Assembly (NCBI RefSeq): GCF_963921235.1
Contig: NC_086097.1
Location: 238,206,001 to 238,270,000, forward strand
DNA from: Mobula hypostoma
Lineage: Eukaryota
Direction of reading: 5' to 3'
DNA: 64,000 nucleotides
Under the pieces are notes generated by a model. That model searched no databases and was not told the origin of the DNA. It saw nothing but the letters and a program-made list of their open reading frames with translations. Positions within the stretch are counted from its first letter, which is position 1. Every line of letters starts with the position of its first letter. Of the stretch, positions 25,290 through 35,830 are shown in pieces. Both the position numbers and the translations under genes were made by a program.

Positions 25290-26080
25290 GATGTGCTATT
25301 ACCCATTGTAATTTTGTAACATGTTATGGCATGTAAGCCCTGCATAACTGGAAGCTGATCTGAGGCTCAGTTTTGGACTTGTATTGTGTCTTGGCATTCC
25401 CATAGCTTTACAGATATCATGTCTCTGTTTCTTGTACAAGTCAGGCTCACCTGATTTGAAAGCTGCAGTCTGGGAATTCAGTGGGGAGTGGGTCCTCTGC
25501 TTTATCCATGGTTTCCAGTTTGGGAACATCTGGATCTTCCCCTTCAATGGACATTCAGTAAAACCGTCTCCCACTGCATCTCCTTTGTGGACTCTGCTCC
25601 CCTCCGACTCTTCAATCATGTCCTCATCCAGACCTGCTACCATAGCCACGTATCCTTCCTGGGAGCTTGTCTTCCAGCTAGCCTCTTACCCCTCCCCCTA
25701 CCTTTTTCAGTCTGGCATCTTTCCCCTTCTTTCTCAGTACTGAAGAAGGATCTCAGCCTGAAATGTTGAGTCTTTACTCTTTTCCATAGATGCTGCCTGA
25801 CCTGATGAGTTCCTCTAGCATTTTGTGTGTGTTGTTCTGGATTGACATATTTGTTATGCAATCTTCTATATGCATGTTGATAATATCCATGACGGTACTG
25901 ATACACTTACCTAATTTGGCTGCTGAGGCTCTGAGTATGGACCAGTCAAAGCAGATACTTGGAAGTTCATCGACTTCCTCAGACCAGCACTGTTTGACTC
26001 TCTGCACTGGATCCTCATATTTCGGCTTCTGTTTATACACAGCAAGAAGGAGAACAGCTAATGGTCTTCTTTACCCAAGT
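25290..26080 (-). mobile_element. Rex1-type LINE internal fragment interrupted by a Penelope pLTR (about 25650-25845, +)
   Basis: VKQCWSEE..CFDWS and FPNWKPWI..AAFKSG motifs; degenerate hammerhead at 25736-25771. Confidence 0.65.
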
Positions 26081-26589
26081 GTGGGTTGAGGGGAGAGGGG
26101 TGTGCCTTGGTAGGCAGCTTTGGTTGTATAGCAATGGTCAAGGCTGCTTGATCGCCTGGTGATGCAGGAGATCTGCTTGCAGTGCTTTGTAAAACACCCT
26201 CGAAGTTGGTCTGCTTGAATTCACTGGCAATGATAAATAGTGTCTTGGTATCCCATTTCAAGACTGTATAGTTTATTGAATGTAGGCTTCAAGTTTGCCT
26301 GGGGTGAGCTATAGTTGACCTTTAAGATAGCTGAAGTGAAATTTCATGGCAAGTAGTATTGGTGGAACTTCACCATTTAAGATCCCAGGTCAGGTGGGGA
26401 GAAACTTGCCAGGACCTGAGCACCAAGCGAAGCTGATTAAGAAACTGACCCTTCTGCCTTTTGTTTTGTCCAAGGATACTAGATGATACACCTGGTGAAC
26501 AGAGAAGCTCTAGATAAAGCAGGTGATGTAATGATGTGGCCTTTGCCACCCTTGGAGGCAGAGAATTCTGAGATTCACTACCCTCAACA

Positions 26590-27170
26590 GAAGTTATTTT
26601 GGCACACTCCAGTGCAATGTGAGGACTGCAGCAAATATTATGTTGGTGAAACTGGGAGAAAACTATCCATAGGGATCCACGAACATCAACTGGCTGTAAA
26701 GCGCCATGACCAACTCTCCCTAGTCTCTACCCTTGAAGACTGAGGGGCTCAAATTCTACTGGGTGTAAACTTGACAGGGCATCAGTGAAAGCCATGGTGA
26801 AAGCAAACTCAAAACATGCAAGAGAATTCCTAGAAATTTGGTTTTCTGCAAACAACTCTAAACAACACATAGACCTCAATCCCATTTATGAGCCAGAGGG
26901 CAAAAATTCCAGATCACAATGCAAGAAATTCACCACACAACCAATCAGCGAAGAGGGATTTCCTCCCCACATCATAAATGATGTCCAATCAGCTGATTGA
27001 AAAGCATATAAAGGCCAAGCATTCGGAGGACACACCACAATCAGCAATGCAGTGATGATGTCTCTTCGCATGGTGTCAAAATGTTTGCAAGTAAATCGCC
27101 AAGATTGGAGAACAACTCAACCCGGCCATCGACCACCTGAGCTTCACATTTCCAAATTATTTCCACTTCA
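26590..27170 (+). mobile_element. Penelope-like element GIY-YIG endonuclease C-terminus plus pLTR (decayed)
   Basis: VQCEDCSKYYVGETGRKLSIGIHEH..; REFLEIW; degenerate hammerhead at about 27049-27088. Confidence 0.85.
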
Positions 27171-27416
27171 GTTTTAAATGAACAGCTCATTATTTTGTAG
27201 CTACATTCCCTTGTTGATATCTCAGCATAAACCCAATCAAGCCCCCTTAGGAACTTGTAGTTTTACAAAACTACAAGAAATGCAGCCCCAAATTGGCAAG
27301 CCTTTCTTCATCAGACAAAACTCTCATCCCAGGATTGAGCCTGATGAGTCTCGTTTGCACATCCTTCAACTCTACCATAGCTTTCTTTTAGGGAAGGACA
27401 CTGTAGAAGTGAGACT

Positions 27417-27800
27417 CTATTTTTTCACCCTTTCAACACAAGTGCAAGACTCAGTGAGGGACCTTTTTTTCCAACTTTCTGCTCAGCCTGAGAACTTGAA
27501 TTTGAGAGAAGAAGAAGAACTTTGTGAGCTGCAGTCTGATAAGACCATAAGCCATAAAATATAGGAGCAGAATTAGGCCATTTGACCCATCAAGTCTGCT
27601 CTACCATTTGATCATGACTGATTTATTATCCCTCTCTACCCCATTCCTCTGCCTTCTCCCCATAATTAGTGATGCCCTTACTAATTAAGGATCTATCAAC
27701 CTTTGCTTTAAGTATATTTAATGACTTGGCCTCAATAGCCATATATGGCAATGAACTTCATAGATACCCCACCGTCCAGCTAAAGAAATTCCTCCTCAGG
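27417..27800. mobile_element. hAT transposase fragment (+, 27417-27540) abutting a CR1 3' end (-)
   Basis: STQVQDSVRD..LREEEELCEL is homologous to 12823-12945. Confidence 0.8.
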
Positions 27801-27861
27801 TTTCAAGGTGGAATTTAAGTTCAAGTAGCACCATTCTTCTAAGCATGCATGTTTATCTAAA

Positions 27862-27942
27862 GGAGGGTTCCTGACTTTTTTATAATGCTATGGAGCCTTA
27901 TCATTAACCAAGGGGTCTGTGGGCCCCAGGTTGGGAACCCTT
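27862..27942. mobile_element. Short hAT MITE (MER5-like)
   Basis: Imperfect TIRs agggttcctgac and ggttgggaaccct; TCTA-containing flanks typical of Charlie targets. Confidence 0.5.
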
Positions 27943-28539
27943 ATTCTAGAAGTATTAGGTTGCAGATTAAGAGATTGCCTCGAAGCATCCCTGAATGAAT
28001 GCAGACTGCTGTGTTCAAACCCAACACCAAGGCTACTGCTTGGATGCGACCAACTGGGCCATGGAAAGTACATTAAAATACAGGTCTCTTCAGGTAATTG
28101 TAGTGTTCCATTCCAAAGCCCAGACAAGTTGGGAATGTAGACATGAACTCATTTCCTATCCGGCAGAGGATACCTGCAGTCCCCAAGAAACCAACAAATC
28201 CATTCAGCTGGTCGGCCAATCTCTCATTTGTACGTATATAAGTGAGATGTTTGTCAAATTGGGAAGGCCTGTATGTTGAAAATTGTACCTCTTTTCATTA
28301 TCCCTATGCATTTGAGATGCAAATCCGCAGTTCACATCGTGCACAAAAGCATTACATTCCTGTTCATACCCAGATAGAGTGTAAGCAAAAGGTCTCAGCC
28401 CAACAAGTCAGCTCTTTATTCCTCTCTATAGATGCTGCCTGGCATACCGAGTCCCTTCAGTATTTTGTGTGTCTTGCAATCTGAGTGACATGCTGGTTTT
28501 AATTAACAGGATCATTTACAAAATGGCTTGTCAGCTTGC

Positions 28540-28727
28540 ATTTCCTCCCATCACCCCACCTTCTTATTCTAGATTTTGACACCTTCCTTTCCAGTCCTGA
28601 TGAAGGGTCTTGACCTGAAATATTGACAGTTCCTTCCTTTCCATAGACACTGCCTGATCTGCTGCATTCCTACAGCATTGTGTTTATTTTCCTTGGATTT
28701 ACAGCATCTGCAAAATCCCTTGTGTTT
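28540..28727 (+). mobile_element. Penelope pLTR fragment with a hammerhead-like core
   Basis: agtcCTGATGAagggtcttgacctGAAAtattgac at 28593-28627. Confidence 0.7.
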
Positions 28728-28882
28728 AAAGGATAGCAATTGTATTCCAGTTGTACACATTGGACCTTTAGTTATTCAAGCTGGGTAGTTATAATGAGCA
28801 TTTGCCAAAAAAAGTGATAATTAGTTTAAAATATGTCTTTTAGAAATTCTATGTCTCTGGCTACTTGGTACAATGCTACAGT

Positions 28883-29290
28883 TAAAGTTCAAAGTTCTAA
28901 GTAAATTTATTGTTAAAGTACATACATATCACCAAACACAACCCTGAAAATCATTTTCTTATGGGCATCCTCGATAAATCTGACAACCGTCACAAAATCA
29001 ATGAGTTTACCAATAGGGTGGACAACCAGCATGCAAAAGACACCAATCTGCAGATACAAAAAGTAAAATAATAATAATAAATAAGCAATAAATATAAAAA
29101 CATGAGATGAAGAGTCTTTGCAAGTGAGACCATAGGTTGTGGAAACAATTCAGTGACGGGGCAAATGAAGTTATGCCCTCTGGTTCAAGAGCCTGATGGC
29201 TGAGGGGTAGTAATTGTTCCTGAACCTGATGGTCTGAGTCTTGAGGCTCCTGTATCATCTTCTTGAAAAGAGAGCATGTCCTGTGTGGCT
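28883..29290 (-). mobile_element. Rex1-type LINE 3' end
   Basis: aaagttcaaagt tail; homologous to 32014-32700 and 58856-59400. Confidence 0.65.
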
Positions 29291-29466
29291 GGAGTCCTTG
29301 ATTGATCAAGGTTCAACTGTTTTGAGCAGGTGCTCAAATTGTAGTACAAATACATTCTAACTGTTAGGAGCCTGCAATGTTGGGAAACTGGTGGAACCAG
29401 GTTAGCTTCCAGGCACCTTGTTACCGAAATGCAGAATAGCCAACAAAATACATTGTATGAGGTCAC

Positions 29467-29682
29467 ACACATCAAAGTTGCTGGTGAACGCAGCAGGCCA
29501 GGCAGCATCTCTAGGAAGAGGTACAGTTGACGTTTCAGGCCGAGACCCTTCATCAGGACGAAGGGTCTCGGCCTGAAACGACGACTGTACCTCTTCCTAG
29601 AGATGCTGCCTGGCCTGCTGCGTTCACCAGCAACTTTGATGTGTGTTGCTTGAATTTCCAGCATCTGCAGAATTCCTGTTAT
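29467..29682. mobile_element. 216-bp fold-back Penelope pLTR mini-element
   Basis: Near-perfect inverted arms of about 85 bp; 14-bp TSD ttgtatgaggtcac (29453-29466 and 29683-29696). Confidence 0.9.
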
Positions 29683-30019
29683 TTGTATGAGGTCACCACT
29701 GATTATGTTGAATTAAAAGGCAGCTAAGCGCAAGCATGCAAATTTGTGCATCCGTGCACTATATTATTTGTAAAATTCAAGCCTTTAGTAGAACTAATTG
29801 CATCTACAAAATACAATCAGGTTTCATGCCCTCTTGATTAAAATTTAATTGTGATCATTTGTTTAGCAAGCAAGTCATTCAAGATAAACGTTCACCCTTT
29901 TTGTTGTATAGGGTGACCGACTAATTTTGACCATGTTGATTGGCCAATACTCTCGTGTTGAGAAGAATGAGATGTAAAACGTATGAAAATATTAAAGGAT
30001 GAAATATGTAAGACATTGA

Positions 30020-30235
30020 GGGGTAGCACAGTATTGTACCTGTTCGTGTTACATAAACTATCAGGGTTTATTTCCCATTGTTGTCTGTAAGGAGTCTGCA
30101 TGTTCTCCCTTACACTTGCAGGCTAACCCTAGCACGTCTATGGACTGTGTTGGTTGTTGACGCCAACAGCAGGTGTCACCATATGTTTTGATGGTTCGAT
30201 GCACAGTACACGTGAAAAATAAATCTAATCTTTCT
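30020..30235 (+). mobile_element. Internally deleted V-SINE-like SINE
   Basis: Degenerate A/B-box head, gtctgtaaggagtctgcatgttctccc, and an aataaatctaatctt tail. Confidence 0.5.
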
Positions 30236-31149
30236 TTAACTCAAGAGCTCAAGACCTCTTCCTCAATGTCAACTACATAAAGGAGATGGTTATGGACTTC
30301 AGAAGAACTGTGACAATGGATTCCACAAATTCACCACCCACTGGGTGAAGAACTCTGTTCCAAAGGACATAACAAGCTACTAAACCCAGAGTGTATTTTC
30401 TTGATATAGGAATACATTGCATGGTGTTATTACAATAGAAAGTTTGTCAAGTTTCTAAAATTTATTCCAAATAAAAATCTAAAACCAAGCAGCATGGTCT
30501 GATTATAAAGGAATGCCCATTTCATGCTAAGAGGGACTTATTTTCTTTCAAATTGGCATGAGTTTTTTTAATGACATTCTCTACACAAGTAGTTGTGGTG
30601 TTGTCAATGAACAGATTTAAGGTTGGGAAAAGTTAAATTTTTAGACTGTAGTAAAATCATTGAGGCAGATTGTGCTTCCCAGGGTCTGGGAGCATGCAGT
30701 TACATTCTACTTGTGGGTTAGCATGACTCCAACTTCCCTACCTGTGCAATGCAATGCAGAAGTCAGAGACAATCTGGAAGTCAGATGTGCCGTCCTCTGC
30801 TCTATTGCTGGGCACAGCACCGAGTCCATGATCAAAGCACAGACGATGCTGAGCTGAGGGACTGTATGGACGCTTTGCACCAACAATGGACAAACCGATT
30901 CATTTGAAATGAGTCACTGGCTTTGAGTATTAAGGCAAGTATTGCTAAGTGGTTTGTATATTTTAATTTGATTTATCTGTAGGTTTATAATTAATTTCTA
31001 TGAGTGTGTTATTTGTAAGTATCTTAACTTATTTTAAAACCAGTTTCTCATCTATAATCAGATTTCTGAACAATTCATGAACTCTACCTCACTATTCCTT
31101 TTGCACTATTTATTTATTATAATTTAGAGTCTTTTTTTAATGTTTTGCA

Positions 31150-31478
31150 CTTCTCCTCTTCCCTGCCCATCACCTCCCTCTGGTGCCCCTCCCCCTTCCC
31201 TTTCATCTGTGGTCTTCTGTCTTCTCTTATCAGATTCCCCCTTCAGCTTGCCCCTCGACCGCCTTCATCTATCATCTGCCACCTTGTACTTCTTCCTTCT
31301 CTCCCCCCCACCTTCTTATTCTGACATTTTCCCCACTCCTTTCCAGTCCTAATGAAGAGTCTCAGCATGAAACGTTGACTGTTTATTCCCATCCATAGAT
31401 GCTGCCTGACCTACTGAGCTCCTCCAGCACATTATGGGTATTGCTCTAGTTTTCTAGCATCTGCAGTACCTCTTGTGC
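31150..31478 (+). mobile_element. Old Penelope pLTR nested in a Rex1 tail
   Basis: Degenerate hammerhead agtcCTAATGAagagtctcagcatGAAACGTTgact at 31345-31380. Confidence 0.65.
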
Positions 31479-32013
31479 TGTACACAGCACTGCTACTGCC
31501 GCAAAACAAATTACACAGCATTTATCTGTGTTAATAACCTAATTCTGATTCTGAAAAAAAAGTGATTTGTTCTTATTTGAACTGTTTTGCAAATATCTGA
31601 TTTTTAAGATAGTTTTAAAGGGTTTTGGAGACACTGTGTTTTTGTTAGTCACTGAGGCATTCTAAGAAAGGTCCTCAAGTTCCTATTCATGGCCCACATC
31701 TGCCAAACAACAACTTATGTTACCATCATAAGTCATAAGGGAAGTTACAGAGAAATCTCAGGATGGAGGGCAGAGAGGTAGATCGGAATACAACTTACAT
31801 AGTCAGCTTATTCATTTCTGGAATCAGGCAAGAAAATGGAGTTTATGTCAAAATAAGTACACTTTTTTAATGTTCGAACAATTCATCAAGAACATAACAT
31901 CTTGTTGTGCAGTCATTTCCCAGCATTTCATGAATTATGCAATATGCTTTAATCATTACATCCAATCATCAATGTCGAGGTGAAGGTGTAAACATTCTTT
32001 TCAACAGGAGTTA

Positions 32014-32705
32014 AAGTTCAAAGTTCAAAGTGAATTTGTTACCAAAGTACATATATTACCATATACAACTCTGGGATTAATTTCTACTTGCATTCACAGT
32101 AGAAATAAGTAGTAAACTAGAATCAATGAAAAACTACACGCACGGACTGACAGGCAGACAAGGTACAACAGAGTGCAAACTGTGCAAATATAAAAAAAAG
32201 ATAAATAAATAAACGAAGCTGAGAATGTGAGCTGCAGAATCATTTGAAGTGCTTCCATAGGTTGTGTTTGTGAAGCACCTTCAATAACTCCAAAAGATTG
32301 AAGTTGGGTAAATACTGAAAGGCTTTTATTCACTGTACAATACGACTTCCATGCTGCGTGTCTGCCCCTGGACTGAGGGGGAGGGGCAAGGCGAACACCT
32401 TTATACAGGACTCTGTGGGAGGAGCCACAGGGGCAGTCAGCAGAGGGATGTGTCCAGACAGTTAACCCAGTTATAACATATATATGGTTTACCACAGTTT
32501 GGTGATCAGTTTAGTGATGGGAAGAATGAAGTTATCCATACTGGTTCAGGAGCCTGAGCGTTGAAGACTAATAACTGGTCCTGGATCTGGTGGTGTGGGA
32601 CCTAAAGCTCCTGTACCTCCTTCCCAATAAAAGCAGTGAGAAAAGAGCATGGTCCAGGTGCTGGGGGTCCTTGATGATGGATGATGTTTTCTTATGGCAG
32701 TGCTC
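32014..32705 (-). mobile_element. Rex1-type LINE 3' end hosting a solo LTR
   Basis: (aaagttc)2 tail; body homologous to 28883-29290. Confidence 0.65.
32271..32496 (-). mobile_element. Solo LTR (226 bp)
   Basis: TG...CA ends; 5-bp TSD gtttg (32266-32270 and 32497-32501); the minus strand has TATAAA followed by AATAAA. Confidence 0.88.
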
Positions 32706-32789
32706 TGAAAATTCTGAGAAGAATATGGAATATTTACCATATTCAATGAATCATTGTAAGTTTAGGATGAAGATGAGGAGGAACTGAGG

Positions 32790-33728
32790 AGGAACAGGGG
32801 ACTGTCTTGTCTCCCTTTCTCTTCACCATTTACACCTCGGACTTCAACTACTGCACAGAGGCTTGTCATCTTCAGAAGTTTTCGGATGACTCTGCCATAG
32901 TTGGATGCATCAGCAAGGGAGTTGAGGCTGAGTACAGGGCTACGGTAGGAAATTTTGTCACATGGTGTGAGCAGAATTATCTGCAGCTTAATGTGAAAAA
33001 GACTAAGGAGTTGGTGGTAGACCTGAGGAGAGCTAAGGTACCGGTGACCCCTGTTTCCATCCAGGGGGTCAGTGTGGACATGATGGAGGATTACAGATAC
33101 CTGGGGATACGAATTGACAATAAACTGGACTGGTCAAAGAACACTGAGGCTGTCTACAAGAAGGGTCTATTTCCTGAGGAGACTGAGGTCCTTTAACATC
33201 TGCCGGACGATGCTGAGGATGTTCTATGAGTCTGTGGTGGCCAGTGCTATCATGTTTGCTGTTGTGTGCTGGGGCAGCAGGCTGAGGGTGGCAGACACCA
33301 ACAGAATCAACAAACTCATTCGTAAGGCCAGTGATGTTGTGGGGATGGAACTGGACTCTCTGACGGTGGTGTCCAAAAAGGGGATGCTGTCCAAGTTGCA
33401 TGCCATCTTGGTCAATGTCTCCCATCCACTACATAATGTACTGGTTGGGCACAGGAGTACATTCAGCCAGAGACTCATTCCACCGAGATGCAACACAGAG
33501 CATCATAGGAAGTCATTCCTGCCTGTGGCCATCAAACTTTACAACTCCTCTCTTGGAGGGGCAGACATCCTGAGCCAATAGGCTCGTCCTGGACTTATTT
33601 CATAATTTACTGGCATAATTTACATATTACTATTTAACTATTTATGGTTCTATTACTATTTATTATTTATGGAGCAACTGTAACAAAAACCAATTTCCCC
33701 CGGGATTAATAAAGTATGACTATGACTA
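32790..33728 (+). mobile_element. Young Rex1/Babar LINE 3' fragment (RT C-terminal half)
   Basis: QGTVLSPFLFTIYTSD..KFSDDS..LNVKKTKELVVD..YLG; one frameshift; AATAAA plus an (atgact)n tail. Confidence 0.92.
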
Positions 33729-34630
33729 TTTTCCCAGAGTGGTGAATCTGTGGAATTTTCTGCCCAATGAAGCAGTAGAGGCTACCTCATCAAGTATATT
33801 TAAGACAAGTGTGGATAGATTCTTGCATAGTAAGGGAATTAAGGGTTATGGGGAAAAGGTAAGTAGGTGGCGATGAGTCCATGGTCAGATCAGTCATGAT
33901 CTTATAGAATAGTGAAGCAGGCTTGATGGACTAGATGGCCTATTACTCCTCCCATTTTCTTACATTCTTATAGGAATGCATGTACATTCTAACAATCAGT
34001 CCCTCCATTTCAAGACAACAGAAGCTGATTTGAAGGGAAGAGCACTGAAATGACATACTCTTCACAATTATCCTAACAGAGACACGAATGCCAAGTTGCA
34101 TCAAATTACTCATTTATAATTATTTACACCTTCTGTCTACTTTGATCAGAAATTTATTCTCATTTTTTTTTCTCCTTCTCACTTCAGCATGCAAGGCAGA
34201 GAAAGACAGGAATAATTTTGGTGCAGGAAGAGTACTCAGACGTGATTAAAATCATCTCATGTTTATCCATTCCTTAAGGTCACCGAGGTATTGAAATGTC
34301 AGCATTCAGGTGAGTTGAATGCATAATTTATCATGCATATCATTTTCCAGAACACAGTTTCACTTGTACCAACATACCAGAGGCTGGGAGAACCAATGCA
34401 AAAAAAATGCCCAAATTCACCACTTGCAAATTTGTATCAGTTCATTATGCGCTGGACTGAATTCTTATACAATAGATTATTTTAGACTGCAGGGAGCTCC
34501 TTACTGGTTTATACATTTTACAATGTTTCTCATAAGTTTAAGGAGGAAAACTATTAGCACTCTTGCAGAAATTATGGTTAAAATATTCAGAAGATACAAG
34601 ACATTAAAAGTGAGCAACTTGAAGTAACTT

Positions 34631-35830
34631 GACGGGGAAGAACCCAGTCATCAGATGTGAGGTGCTCTCGGGGCTGCTGTACTTGGCGCAGGTATGGCCC
34701 ACCCCCTGCTCCTGCAGCTCGGAAATCATCTGAGCCATCTTCTGATTCGTCTGGGGGTCGAAGATGGAGTGGGTCAGACGGGCCGTCATGCATAAGTCCC
34801 TGGACAATAGTGCCAAAAACATTCCCAATGTCACCCTCATCCTTGTGTGTGGCTGCATCAGGTTGTGTGTGGAACCCAAATATGTGGGCACCAAGTACCA
34901 CTACATGCCCAGAGTCTACCTGTCGCCCTGGCTACGAAAGATAGGTCTGGCTCCAGTCGTATGCAACGCCCCAGTCAGCTGGTCGTTGCCGCACTACCTG
35001 TCCTTTGTGGAGAAGTTCTTCCAGGACAACGCCTTTGACCACAGGGCCTGCAGGAGAAGGACGTGATGGACACAGTGGGGTGGTTCCCTGAGCAGACCGT
35101 CCAGTTCATCTGGCCAAATGCCTCATCACCAGACCTCACCAACATGCACCAAGACCTCACCTGGCTGGCGGTGAGAGGGGCCCTCCCAGCCCGATCCCCC
35201 CTGTACGCCCGGAACATCATCTCCGCATCTCACTGCCCACGGGAGGACTGGAGTGAGGCGGAGTCAGTGACCCACCTCTTTGCACACTGTGGGTTTGCGG
35301 AGAAGGTGTGGAGGAGGATGGACGGGCTAGTGTCACGCTTCATCCCCAGCAGCTGCGTAACGGAGGACTCTCTGATCTACTGGCTGTTCCCAGGGACGCA
35401 CACAGAGAAAAACATCCAGTGCTGCTGGCAGGTCATCAGCTCGGTGAAAGACTCTCTTTGGTTGGTCCGAAACTTGATGGTCTACCAGCACATGGAGATG
35501 TCTGTGGCAGAATGCTGCCGACTGGCACATTCTCCACTGTATGAGTATGTGCTGAGGAACGCACTGAAACTTGGTCCAGCCACCACAAGGGGCCGGTGGG
35601 GAAGGACCACCGTTTAGGGTTCTTCTCCCATGGGGGTGGGAGGGGTTGGGTGGTGGGGAGCATACCCCTCAACAATGGTGGGTAAAGATGAACCAAGAGT
35701 GCCACGTGAGTGGCTGAAAGTGTGGAAATGTATAGAATATAATTGTAATGTCTGTAAAGGACTGAGAGTCATTGAATGGTTTATTGTAAATAATTTTATT
35801 TTGAATGAAGTATATTTTCTTTAAAAAAAA
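34631..35830 (+). mobile_element. Tx1 (L1-clade) LINE 3' fragment
   Basis: zf-RVT-like CPREDW..ESVTHLFAHC..VW in ORF 35063-35617; GC-rich coding-like sequence; poly(A) at 35823-35830; possible short TSD aactt. Confidence 0.85.
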
